DNA of 64,000 bases from a virus (lineage: Duplodnaviria > Caudoviricetes). The DNA lies in the IMG/VR virus record IMGVR_UViG_3300030433_001358, positions 19,876 through 83,875 of that record, one strand, 5' to 3'. Each line of letters opens with the position of its first letter. Position 1 is the stretch's first letter. Under the pieces are notes generated by a model. It ran no database searches. It had not been told where the DNA came from and worked only from the letters and a program-made list of their open reading frames with translations. Positions 37,696 to 46,915 of this stretch are shown in pieces. Position numbers and translations under genes: made by a program.

Positions 37696-39837
37696 TTAGT
37701 GAATCTCGCTGTAACGCTGTCCAAATTGTGTTTCACAGCCAAGCTTACGTCTTAGCTTGTAGGTTACATTAACCTTCTCAATTGAATCAAGAATAATCTC
37801 AGAAATCTCATCACGAAATTTAGGTAAGTCCTTGATTACTAAGATATTTTCGTCATGAAAACTTCCAGTTAAAGTCTTTCTACCATATCTATTCTCCATA
37901 CTTGTTAAGATGTTGTCAACCCACATATCAAAAAAGAAGCTGCCTGTACCTTGGGCAAGAGTTGAGAACCTATCAGATTCCTTGCGAAGTGAGTAGCAGA
38001 ACCCGTTAATGGGGTTTACCAGCCACTTACCGCCACGACTATCCTTGATCACAACCTGCTCTTCTGCAATAGCCTTTACAGCCCAATTAAGCTTCCAGTA
38101 AGCTTCGTGAAGGGTTTTACCTTCAGCCAACGAAACTCCAGCAGCTTGAGCAATCTTAGCTGCACCGGCATTGTACACGGAAGCATAGTTTGTCGTCTTG
38201 CCTTTCTTGCGTGCAGCCTTGGCGTTGGCCGACTTAATTCCTTGTTTAAAATCCTCGTACTCCTTTTGAGTAATCATTTTAGCTGTAAGTGCCATGAGAA
38301 TGTGGGGGTCAAAGTCATCTTCTTGCATTGTGGCAACATATTCAGGGTCATGAGGCAGCATGAAGTGGTGTTTAGTTCTGTCTTCCAAGCTGCTAAGGTC
38401 TGATCCAACACTAATTTTACCCTCTCCAGCAATTAAAACACCGCGAACAATATCACCATAAGCCTTGTCAACACCGGGCAGATTCACAATTTCAGAGTGC
38501 TGTACTCTTAAAGTGTTGGTAAACCCGTTAATACGAGCTTGTAGCTTTCCATCTTTTAGATTTTCCTTAAAGCCTTTAAGTACGCCAAGCCTATGCTTGA
38601 GAACGCAATACTTAGAATACACCCGAATCTCTGGTACTTCTTCAGCAAGCTCCTCTAGGCTAGGGCACAGTTCCTTTCCTTCTTCACCTGCAACAGTGAT
38701 TTGTGGAATGGCTCTTTCTTCTGGTCTAGAGTCTTTCCATGCTGTCCACTCCCAACGTGGAGAGCCTTCAGCAGGTTTCCTTGCAATCCATGCATTAAAT
38801 GCCTCTTCATCTTTTTCATATTTGAAGGTCTGTGGAACCCAATTTTTTGAGTACAGAAAAGCTTTAATTTGATCTGGGCTGTTTCCGTTAGGTTGCTCAT
38901 AACCCACCAAAAATTTAACTACGCCATCTTTTGTTGACGGCTTTACAATTGGGTTTCCATGCTCGTCTTTTGACTTGTTATGGACGTGTGTTTTAATCTC
39001 TTCCCAAGCTCTACCAGAAGCCGACAGTTCCCCACTTTTCAAGTACGGTTTTGCCGGCTTCTTGCGGTCTGCGTATTTTGGGACTAGAGGCATCACAGAC
39101 TCTAGTTCTGCCTTAGCTGCCTCGCCTTCTGTAGTAAGTTCAGCAATAGACTTCTCCAAAAGCTCGACATCAACTTCCCATCCTGTTTTTTCTTGCAGGC
39201 GGGCACAATCCATCTTGAACATCAAGAATGTTAGCAAACTATTAATGGCGTCAGATACGGAACTGCCTACAAACTGATCTAGATAAATCCCCTCGTCCTC
39301 GCTCATCCTTTTACCGCCGACACTGCCGCTATCAATCTCAGCCTGAGCAAGTGTGTACATTTCAATCAAACGAGCCTTCAGGTCTTCCCACAAAGCTTTA
39401 TTGATTTTAACGTCCTCTTGGCAACGATGCTTGTACTCTTCAAAAGTCAAACCCTCCCAGTCGTCAATTAGTGGCTTTTCAATCCCATAATCCTCATGAA
39501 AAGAAGCAAGGCCGTGTCGTTGTCTCGTTGTGTTGAGATACCAACTGAGGGCGAGGCTGTCAATAACCATAAGCTCGCTGAGGTCAATGCCCAAGACCTG
39601 CTCCACCATAGGAATGTCATAAGAAATTCCATTGTGGATCACCATAGGAATGTTATTTTCAATGTGATATTGAAAGCAAGCTTTGATTCGTTTGCAATTC
39701 TCTTCTGTGCCGAGTGAAAGGATAGGCTTGTCTTGCATTTGCAATGACACTACATGAATCTTCGTCACTGTATCCAAAAGTCCATCAGCCTCAAGGTCTG
39801 CAACAGTGGCTTGCTCCCAGTTGTAAATCTGTTTCAC
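37696..39837 (-). CDS. polA: Family A DNA polymerase with 3'-5' exonuclease
   Basis: Exo 'ADLEAD', 'HNGISYD'; motif A 'SDLSSLEDR', motif B 'KTTNYASVY' (Tyr at the 762-equivalent), motif C 'FHDE'. Confidence 0.95.
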   Translation of the reverse strand: MKQIYNWEQATVADLEADGLLDTVTKIHVVSLQMQDKPILSLGTEENCKRIKACFQYHIENNIPMVIHNGISYDIPMVEQVLGIDLSELMVIDSLALSWYLNTTRQRHGLASFHEDYGIEKPLIDDWEGLTFEEYKHRCQEDVKINKALWEDLKARLIEMYTLAQAEIDSGSVGGKRMSEDEGIYLDQFVGSSVSDAINSLLTFLMFKMDCARLQEKTGWEVDVELLEKSIAELTTEGEAAKAELESVMPLVPKYADRKKPAKPYLKSGELSASGRAWEEIKTHVHNKSKDEHGNPIVKPSTKDGVVKFLVGYEQPNGNSPDQIKAFLYSKNWVPQTFKYEKDEEAFNAWIARKPAEGSPRWEWTAWKDSRPEERAIPQITVAGEEGKELCPSLEELAEEVPEIRVYSKYCVLKHRLGVLKGFKENLKDGKLQARINGFTNTLRVQHSEIVNLPGVDKAYGDIVRGVLIAGEGKISVGSDLSSLEDRTKHHFMLPHDPEYVATMQEDDFDPHILMALTAKMITQKEYEDFKQGIKSANAKAARKKGKTTNYASVYNAGAAKIAQAAGVSLAEGKTLHEAYWKLNWAVKAIAEEQVVIKDSRGGKWLVNPINGFCYSLRKESDRFSTLAQGTGSFFFDMWVDNILTSMENRYGRKTLTGSFHDENILVIKDLPKFRDEISEIILDSIEKVNVTYKLRRKLGCETQFGQRYSEIH

Positions 39838-39852
39838 TTTTTACTCCTTAGA

Positions 39853-40530
39853 CTAAAGTTTTGTTTCTCTATAACTCGCGTGATCTTCCTGAATCTTGTC
39901 CAACCATCTGTTCAACCCTTCATACAGTTTAGGGTGACAGTCCTCAAAGCTTTTTGCAAGCTCACGTCCAACAGAGACTTTTCCTACTTGCCAAGCTCTG
40001 TGCGCTTCCTCTGCTGTCTCATACAAACCAAGGTAGAGACTCGTGCCGTTTCCACGCACTCTTGCCTGAAATTTTTGATTTTTGTCTTTCCAAGACACAC
40101 CAATTGGGTACTCCCCTCGTAGAGTATTTCTAGCTGTCAAGAAAGTGTTTATGTTAATTGGTACAAAAATACATGTATCAGGTGAGTATACTTTAGAGTC
40201 TCCACCAAGAATATCTTTGTCTAAACTCCATGCCCAAGATTTTCCGCCAACTAACTCTCTTTGTTCGTAACCTACTTCCATCCTACTCCAGTTCACAAAG
40301 TCTTGGAAGTCTCGAAACTTGTTTGTAACCCCTTCATACCTAGGGTGTTTTATTTGTTCTGAACCACTGCTTGAGCACCTTTTAAGCAGGCTTTCCCACC
40401 GTTGGCCAGAGAGTGTCACACAACGCTCATACAAACCCTCTTCAGTTGTTCGGTGAGTTCGTATTTGCCACTCACCATCCTTAAGCAAATCTTCATATAG
40501 TTTTACGTGTACAATTTTGTTTTTAGTCAC
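39853..40530 (-). mobile_element. Homing endonuclease ('LDKD' HNH-like family, AP2-like C-terminus)
   Basis: 'WESLLKRC...FRDFQDFVNW...WSLDKDILGGDSKVYSPDTCIFVP..IN...YPIGVS...YLGLY...AHRAW'. Confidence 0.8.
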
Positions 40531-40545
40531 AAGCTAGCTCCTAAG

Positions 40546-42171
40546 CTAAATAAATGGTGGCTTATAAACCCACCCATCATCTTCTGGGACAACGTGAAGC
40601 CGACCATCTTCTAATTGCAACATAGTGTCACAGACGCCAAGTTCCCCCCACTCACGATCTTTAAGAACCTTTGTCCGAACTCGGCCACGAGTTTCATCAG
40701 GAAGAACCTCATTCTCTAGTGCAATGATACAACTACTCATCTGTTCGATCCCGCTGCTGCCTCTTAAAAATTCCTTCTTCACTTGACGCCAGTAAGCTTT
40801 AGGTTCTTCACCCTCTTTTACCTTTGGTGCGTTATCTTCCACGCGCTTGAGGTGACAAACAGCATGGACAGTGACGTTATTGTTTGTCATAAATGCTGCA
40901 AGCTCTTCGTAGAGCATATCAATATCTTTACGTTCGTTGTTACTTTCAAGTCCAGCAACAACCATAGAGATATGGTCAATAAAGATATGTTCACACCCAC
41001 AAATGAAATGCAGGTATTTAATCTGTTGCATTAGCTTGTCAACTTTCATTGAACCAAAGTGATCCAGAAAATAAGTACGCCCATTTGAGATAACCTTATT
41101 TTTTGCTTCTAGTGCTTGCTCTCTTGTTGCCACTGCCAGAGGATTCTTTCGGAAATCAGGGAGTCTGACGCCAAGCTCAAGTGCAACCAAGGATTGTTGT
41201 GTCTTTTTTGTAGGCTCTTCTAGAAAGATAAAGCCAACTTTGTAACCAGCAGCTACAAGCTCCCAAGCAATCTCACGGTTTAGCGTAGACTTACCAACAC
41301 CACTAAAAGCGGTGTAGGTGATAAGTTCGTTGCCTGTACGAATGCCGTGTAGTTTTTCCATGAGCTTGGGGTAGCGGTCAATGTAATGCCCTTCACGAAG
41401 TGGCTCAAGTAGACTATCTAAATCTACATCATCACCACAGATAATCTTTTCTGGGCTGTACTTCTCCAAACCAAAAGCAAGAATCTTGCCGAGTTCTGAA
41501 GAGTGCCCATTCAGCAGGCAGTCACGAGAGTCCTTCATACCGTGTGGGTGTGTGATGGTGTATATATTATCAGAAAGAAGCAGACCGGCAACTTCTTCTT
41601 TAGCCTCCTTGCCTTTTAGAATACCCTTCTTCAGCTCTTTTGCTGTCGCTTGGTCGCTATCAAAGGCCAGTACAATATCATTAAAAGACTGTACGAAGTC
41701 TAGGTTATGTGCTACGCACTCTGCTGCATTAGCTGTCCCCATAGAAATAGAAACTACACTTGGTTCAATCTTACCTTCGTATTTAGTTCCTTTTAGGCTG
41801 TCAAGAATAGCACGGCGAGTTGCTGGTACTTCTTCCTCACCCTCTACAATAATCAGCTTACGACCGCCCTTTGGCGTCTGCATCTGACCAAACATCTGCG
41901 CATTGACCTTTACAGTGCCAACAGTAGTAAAGTGAAAATCGTGATCTTTTGTGACAGTCCAATCACGTTTCTTAAAGCCAGTAAGCTCCCCAGCTTTGTT
42001 ATAGTATGGAAAATAAGTTGCCTCTACAGTTTTACCGTCTTTTTGGTTTACAGCAGACCGGATGCCATAAAACTCAGCATCTGCTTGAGTAAGCCCGCGC
42101 TCTGGTAGTGCTAGACATTTGTATTGCTGTACATCAGCAACAGTTTCTTTTGGAACATAACTTTCAGACAT
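40546..42171 (-). CDS. DNA primase-helicase (T7 gp4-like TOPRIM plus SF4 helicase)
   Basis: TOPRIM 'IVEGEEE', 'FDSD'; Walker A 'AFSGVGKST', 'FIDHIS', 'LRGSSGIEQ'; start refined to ATG 42171. Confidence 0.92.
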   Translation of the reverse strand: MSESYVPKETVADVQQYKCLALPERGLTQADAEFYGIRSAVNQKDGKTVEATYFPYYNKAGELTGFKKRDWTVTKDHDFHFTTVGTVKVNAQMFGQMQTPKGGRKLIIVEGEEEVPATRRAILDSLKGTKYEGKIEPSVVSISMGTANAAECVAHNLDFVQSFNDIVLAFDSDQATAKELKKGILKGKEAKEEVAGLLLSDNIYTITHPHGMKDSRDCLLNGHSSELGKILAFGLEKYSPEKIICGDDVDLDSLLEPLREGHYIDRYPKLMEKLHGIRTGNELITYTAFSGVGKSTLNREIAWELVAAGYKVGFIFLEEPTKKTQQSLVALELGVRLPDFRKNPLAVATREQALEAKNKVISNGRTYFLDHFGSMKVDKLMQQIKYLHFICGCEHIFIDHISMVVAGLESNNERKDIDMLYEELAAFMTNNNVTVHAVCHLKRVEDNAPKVKEGEEPKAYWRQVKKEFLRGSSGIEQMSSCIIALENEVLPDETRGRVRTKVLKDREWGELGVCDTMLQLEDGRLHVVPEDDGWVYKPPFI

Positions 42172-42204
42172 CTTTTCTCCTCTTTCTTTCTTAAAATAGC
42201 CCAA

Positions 42205-42396
42205 CTAAATATCCTCCAAATCAACCAACCTCTGCATTTCATTCATAATAAATTGCTCATTGATCTTACAATTCATAAGGGCTTGATGAATACGTGGATC
42301 ATCTAACACTTCTGGATAATATTCTTCAAGAGCATATTCAAATCCGTATTTATCCACCATGTATTCCCACATGCTCAATGGAGTTTTAGTTTTCAT
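42205..42396 (-). CDS. Hypothetical protein
   Basis: 63 aa with RBS. Confidence 0.6.
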   Translation of the reverse strand: MKTKTPLSMWEYMVDKYGFEYALEEYYPEVLDDPRIHQALMNCKINEQFIMNEMQRLVDLEDI

Positions 42397-42406
42397 TTAA
42401 TCCTCC

Positions 42407-43390
42407 TCACCATTTACTATAATATTCTTGAAGTGCATTATAATCTTTCAACACTTCAGTATCTGCTTTACCGTAAAGAACTGAGTAATTCCACTCGCAG
42501 TCTCTAAACGTGCGTCCATCACAAAGGTCTTCATCATACGCAAGTTCGTGCAAAGAATCAAAGATTTCTTGGTCCTCTGGTGTTTCTACTACAAAACTAT
42601 CCACAGCATATTGAACACGATCAAAACCCTCTGACCAATCTCCACGCTGGTCTTCCAGAGCACGAGCTAGAGCAAAGTATTTACATTTGCTGTCCAGTGC
42701 TTCAAGAACATCAGTCCAATTGCTATCCTCATCAAGCCCATATTTCACTTGCATACGAGCTAGAGCTTGAACAGATTTCTTTGCTTTTTCTTCCTTCTCT
42801 TTTTCAGCCTTTTCTTTATTGATGTTGGCAATAAACTGGTCAGCAATCCTTGAAAACGTCGAGGGATAGGACTTCATTTGAGAGATAGTATAATCATAGC
42901 TATCTGAAGTCTTAATATTTCGGGTCAGATCGCCAAAATAGCCAGCAGTATGCTTAATTGTTGTTTTATTCTTACTACGGCTTGTTTTGTACTCCGAAGT
43001 AGTGTAACTAGAAGGGATACCAAGAGTATCACGCATCAAGAGAGTCACCTTCTCGTGAATCTTTAGGTTGTTCTCAATTGCTCCTAGATTAGCTTCATGT
43101 ACGACTTTCATGTTTTCAAGGTCTTTTGCATAAAGCTCATTAGCTTGTTTCAAAAGGTGCTGTACCTCTTCAACGGTGTTTGGTTCTCGTGTACTAGCCC
43201 ATAAGCGGCCATCAATCTTCCAATTGTAACTGCTGGTAAACTTGCTACTAGCAGCTTTAGGTAGTGTCTCCACTTCCATTGGTTTAGGAAAAGCCTCGTC
43301 AGCTTTCTTCTTCAGTACCTCAATCTGCCCACCAAGAGCGGCATACGCATCATCTACATTTTTAATCCAAGTCATATCAATCCTCCTCAA
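42407..43390 (-). CDS. Hypothetical helical protein (327 aa)
   Basis: Long ORF; no recognised motif. Confidence 0.75.
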   Translation of the reverse strand: MRRIDMTWIKNVDDAYAALGGQIEVLKKKADEAFPKPMEVETLPKAASSKFTSSYNWKIDGRLWASTREPNTVEEVQHLLKQANELYAKDLENMKVVHEANLGAIENNLKIHEKVTLLMRDTLGIPSSYTTSEYKTSRSKNKTTIKHTAGYFGDLTRNIKTSDSYDYTISQMKSYPSTFSRIADQFIANINKEKAEKEKEEKAKKSVQALARMQVKYGLDEDSNWTDVLEALDSKCKYFALARALEDQRGDWSEGFDRVQYAVDSFVVETPEDQEIFDSLHELAYDEDLCDGRTFRDCEWNYSVLYGKADTEVLKDYNALQEYYSKW

Positions 43391-43607
43391 TTTCTATGTT
43401 GCTGCATCCAATATCATCCAACCCATACCCCATACTATCACATTCTTCAGAAATGTCAATACTTTCTTTCTTGCAATATCTGCATTTTGTGTATGCATCT
43501 CCATCCTCATCATATCCGTAGATATACCAAGAATGTCCATCCTCTAGGCAATCGTGCTGTGGAGTAGTAAGGATGATATCTAGTGTTTCTCGTTGTGAGC
43601 GGTTCAT
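43377..43607 (-). CDS. Small acidic Cys/His protein
   Basis: 'C...GHSW...CRYC' zinc-ribbon-like motif. Confidence 0.6.
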   Translation of the reverse strand: MNRSQRETLDIILTTPQHDCLEDGHSWYIYGYDEDGDAYTKCRYCKKESIDISEECDSMGYGLDDIGCSNIEIEED

Positions 43608-43924
43608 TGTTTGTTTTCTTCCACAAAGTCTAGGAGGATTTTATCATACAGTGCAGATGCTTCTGAAGCAAGCTCTTCTGCTCCAGACAAAGCCTCAAGG
43701 TTTGTGATGCACTCTTTCAGAGCATCTAGGGCGAAAGTTTTTGATTCTAGTACAACATACTCATCTCCATCCATATACCACTCACCATTGATATCAGATT
43801 TAAAGCCCACCCCACACCCGTCAACACCATCATACTCAAGGTACACACGAGTTACAATTTCACCAATATCAAAATCGTGTCCTGCATGACGTTCAATCAC
43901 TTTCACTTTAGTTCCGGCTTTCAT
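43604..43924 (-). CDS. Hypothetical protein with SH3-like N-terminus
   Basis: 'GTKVKVI...GHDFDIGEIVT'. Confidence 0.65.
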   Translation of the reverse strand: MKAGTKVKVIERHAGHDFDIGEIVTRVYLEYDGVDGCGVGFKSDINGEWYMDGDEYVVLESKTFALDALKECITNLEALSGAEELASEASALYDKILLDFVEENKQ

Positions 43925-44069
43925 TCATATTCTCCTCTATAATGCTCTGTAGTGCTCTGTATGAGCTTTTAGCCCTTCCCCTGTACCATCGCATAGCCTC
44001 TATATAGATCGTTCAATATAGGACGCTGTAGAAAGCCAGAGAAGGCTTTTGGATGGCATCACTCCGTTC

Positions 44070-44267
44070 TTATTGTTGTTGCCACCCATCATTTGCAATC
44101 AGAGAGGACAATTGTTCCAGTTGTTCAGCTTCGCAAAAGAAATCATCTTCTGTGTAGGCTGGAGTTAGTCCTTGTGAGAATCGTACATCATTCTCGACTT
44201 TCATCCCTTCAATCCTTGCTATGCAAGCAAATCCTCGTAGTTGGTATGCTAGTGCTAAGTGATTCAT
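44070..44267 (-). CDS. Hypothetical protein
   Basis: 'IEGMKVEN..R..QG...AY.EDDF' motif seen in phages. Confidence 0.65.
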   Translation of the reverse strand: MNHLALAYQLRGFACIARIEGMKVENDVRFSQGLTPAYTEDDFFCEAEQLEQLSSLIANDGWQQQ

Positions 44268-44270
44268 TTG

Positions 44271-44720
44271 TCAATCCTCCCATTTCTTGTAGAAGTCTTT
44301 CATAACATCATACCCCATAACAACACCAGAATTCAATAGATCGGCTAACTCGTTCGCACACGCAATTGCTTTTTGTTCTTCTTCCATGAGCTGATTCTCA
44401 GGCCACAGTGTACCAGAACCGGTACCAGACTCTTTACACATATAGACCACACCAGCATCATAACCAATAGTAGCCCGCACCTGTCCAATTGTAAGTTGCC
44501 GTACCTTCGGAAAATGCTTGAATTTAGCAATCTTACCGGGGTTATTCACCCATGAACCTTCCTTATTACACGTATGACAACCCACTTCCTTATCTTTACC
44601 TGCAATTTGCCAATAACCTGTACCACCACAGTCCTCGCACTCAATATAATACCGATCGTGGGTGCAGTATGCATTATATACCACCTGCTTCAAATTGTAT
44701 TTCGTTTTAATCGTGCTCAT
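44271..44720 (-). CDS. Protein with DnaJ-like zinc finger
   Basis: CEDCGGTG ... CHTC..EG. Confidence 0.65.
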   Translation of the reverse strand: MSTIKTKYNLKQVVYNAYCTHDRYYIECEDCGGTGYWQIAGKDKEVGCHTCNKEGSWVNNPGKIAKFKHFPKVRQLTIGQVRATIGYDAGVVYMCKESGTGSGTLWPENQLMEEEQKAIACANELADLLNSGVVMGYDVMKDFYKKWED

Positions 44721-44947
44721 TATGTATCCTCCTCACAAAACTTCTTGAAATAGTCCATAGAATCCTTATCATGTTCATCGAGGATGTGTACAGTGATCTT
44801 TGGTTCATACTTACCACCTCGAAACTGCTGCTCTGCTTCTCCAGCCTTCTCAGCTTGAGCTTTCTTAGTGAACACACCTTGCACATAGTTGTGTGTCCCA
44901 TCATCACCCCAACGACGCATTGTAACAACGTATACTTCTGTTTTCAT
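44720..44947 (-). CDS. Hypothetical protein
   Basis: 'YVVTMRRWG...HNYVQGVF...A...GE.E..FRGGKY'; first gene after the leftward promoter. Confidence 0.7.
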   Translation of the reverse strand: MKTEVYVVTMRRWGDDGTHNYVQGVFTKKAQAEKAGEAEQQFRGGKYEPKITVHILDEHDKDSMDYFKKFCEEDT

Positions 44948-45021
44948 TAAACAATCCTCCTTTAGATGCCCTTGTGCTACAACTTCATGTGTTTAGGCTG
45001 TTTTAGTAGCCTGTGAGACAC

Positions 45022-45049
45022 ATTCTACACGATATTCTGTAGGTGTCAA
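45022..45049 (-). promoter_or_regulatory. Leftward sigma70 promoter of divergent pair
   Basis: Minus strand TTGACA-N16-TAGAAT. Confidence 0.8.
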
Positions 45050-45092
45050 GCCCTCTTTGTAAAAATATTCTCTTTTCTTTTAGTCAAAAGGG

Positions 45093-45120
45093 TTGACAGA
45101 TTGAATTTATCATGTATAAT
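45093..45120 (+). promoter_or_regulatory. Rightward consensus sigma70 promoter of divergent pair
   Basis: TTGACA-N16-TATAAT with AT-rich upstream region. Confidence 0.85.
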
Positions 45121-45127
45121 GTATCCC

Positions 45128-45485
45128 GTAGCAGCATATTTATGTACGCCTCTAACCGCAAGGACATTGGCAGCTACTCGACTTGAAAGAGAATGGTCAT
45201 CTTAACAGATTCACCAACCGAGTCAAGTTTAAAGACAAGAAAGAAGACACGTGGTCAAGGTGTGGGGTTGTGAGAGCATAACACCGTGTCTACCCTTTGC
45301 AATAGGGGAAATGCTCAAGCTGAATGGATTGCAACAGGATTCAGCGTGTGGGGTTGACAGGATCAATCCTCTAGCGTAGGCTAGCTGTAGATGGCTCCGA
45401 AGAGCAAAGCAGACACCAGAACCATTAGTTCGCTCTTAGGTCATCTGTAGAGGTGATATGAGTGGGCTGGGTTTCTTGTGTCTGT
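45128..45485 (+). ncRNA. Candidate large structured non-coding RNA (about 360 nt)
   Basis: No ORF on + strand; at least nine contiguous stem-loops with GCAA/GAGA/GTAG/CGAA loops and many G-U pairs; starts about 7 nt after a consensus -10. Confidence 0.7.
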
Positions 45486-45544
45486 AAATTCACCAAAGAG
45501 CAATGGATATATAATATAGTAATAAGAGATAAGGAGAATAGAAT

Positions 45545-45763
45545 ATGAGTAACATCACTCTCAATGTAGAGTTCCTAGCTGGGACAGACTTCACTGAAGC
45601 TGTAGAAGAAGCTAAACAGAAGTGCCAGCAATGGGATGTGGCTTTGGTATGCTTTAAGTTCAATGGTGTTGAGTGTTCTGTTTCTAGAAATGCTGATGCT
45701 GAGAATCTACATAAACGGTATATGAAAGCCTTGGGTAGCGACAAGAAATATATTATTGGTTGA
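45545..45763 (+). CDS. Early hypothetical protein
   Basis: 72 aa; RBS AAGGAG. Confidence 0.7.
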   Translation: MSNITLNVEFLAGTDFTEAVEEAKQKCQQWDVALVCFKFNGVECSVSRNADAENLHKRYMKALGSDKKYIIG

Positions 45764-45773
45764 GGAGGAATAT

Positions 45774-46124
45774 ATGAACAAGTCTTATCTAGAGATGTAT
45801 GCTAATGTTGAAGGTGTTGTAGAGGCGACTAGATTTGAAGCCTTTTGTCTTTGGAAACAGTGGCACGAAGAAAATGGTTATCACTGGTATAGCGAAAATC
45901 ATGGACCCCTGATTACAGTGGGTCACTTAGAAGGACGACCTGTTGCTATTGCTCCACTGCTGCATACAGTCAACGGTAAATGTATCATGTTCCTTGAGGC
46001 TACAAGCGTTGTTGTAGATTGGGATATGATTCGAGAGTGGTTGAAAGAAAATGTCCCGAGCGTTTGTGATGGGGAATATGTTAAGATTTGGGATGCTGGT
46101 AATTTTCACTGCCTTGTACACTGA
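45774..46124 (+). CDS. Early hypothetical protein
   Basis: Start refined after GAGGAGG. Confidence 0.7.
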   Translation: MNKSYLEMYANVEGVVEATRFEAFCLWKQWHEENGYHWYSENHGPLITVGHLEGRPVAIAPLLHTVNGKCIMFLEATSVVVDWDMIREWLKENVPSVCDGEYVKIWDAGNFHCLVH

Positions 46125-46306
46125 GGGGTAAATAATGAAAATCATAATTGATACACTAGACTTAAAAGAACGTGTCTATAGGATGCTTCGTGATATTGAT
46201 GATGGGAAGTATAAAGAGGTTCCTTCTGTTTGTGCTGGAATGTTGAATAAAGAACAGACAGCAGGATTGGATGCTCTTATTAAATAGATTGAGGAGGAAA
46301 GCTAAG

Positions 46307-46489
46307 ATGTTAGTTAAAGACCTGATTGAAAAGCTGAAAGAATTTGATGAAAATGCTGTCGTAGAAGTTTATCGCGGCTATGATCCTGAATATGGAGAGT
46401 GTTACGATTATCCAGAGAATTTTATTCTTGAGGATACAGGTTGGGATTATATATCGAACTCTACTACAAAAACCTTGTATATTAGTTGA
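46307..46489 (+). CDS. Small acidic early protein
   Basis: 'MLVKDLIEKLKEFDENAVV' common phage motif. Confidence 0.65.
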   Translation: MLVKDLIEKLKEFDENAVVEVYRGYDPEYGECYDYPENFILEDTGWDYISNSTTKTLYIS

Positions 46490-46498
46490 GGAGGATGT

Positions 46499-46915
46499 AT
46501 GAATAAGAATGTACAAGTGGGAGATACAATTAAGATTGTTAAGGCTATGAAACCTTCTTACTGGTATGTAGACAGGATTGGTGAAGAGTTTGAAGTTTCT
46601 GGTATTTTACCTGATAATTTCATAGTTTACACCGAAGATTTGGAGGGTGCATGTTATGTATCTAAAGAAGATTGTATTCTTGTAAGCACTACAAATCATA
46701 GCAAACAAGTACCTGAAAGTCGATATACATCCTCTATCAATGAAATCGAAGTGTTTGATGAGGTAGGAGAGATTGTATCTACAATTATGCGATTTGATGA
46801 ACATACAGCTTCTGTTCAAATTAAAGAGGATTATGTAACAAATGCAGATGAGTGGACAAACATTTCATTCACTATTCATAAGGCTCTTGTGGATATGGGA
46901 TTGTATAGTGAATAA
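46499..46915 (+). CDS. Early hypothetical protein with KOW/SH3-like N-terminus
   Basis: 'VGDTIKIVKA...WY.DRIGEEFEV'. Confidence 0.7.
   Translation: MNKNVQVGDTIKIVKAMKPSYWYVDRIGEEFEVSGILPDNFIVYTEDLEGACYVSKEDCILVSTTNHSKQVPESRYTSSINEIEVFDEVGEIVSTIMRFDEHTASVQIKEDYVTNADEWTNISFTIHKALVDMGLYSE

Noticed and set aside
37696-39837. Polymerase adapted to aminoadenine (DpoZ) or another modified base
   Set aside because: No PurZ or DatZ gene is visible and the motifs look like an ordinary Tyr762-type phage PolA.
19649-44555. Plus-strand ORFs inside the minus-strand replication block (e.g. 26408-27076, 38465-38872)
   Set aside because: Antisense shadows of thyX, polA and other genes; no motifs.
45128-45485. 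tRNA, tmRNA or CRISPR array as explanation of the structured region
   Set aside because: No T-loop GTTCRA or CCA cloverleaf, no tag ORF, and no repeated direct-repeat/spacer units.
45490-45744. Antisense ORF overlapping 45545-45763
   Set aside because: Shadow of a + strand gene with a good RBS; no RBS or promoter support.
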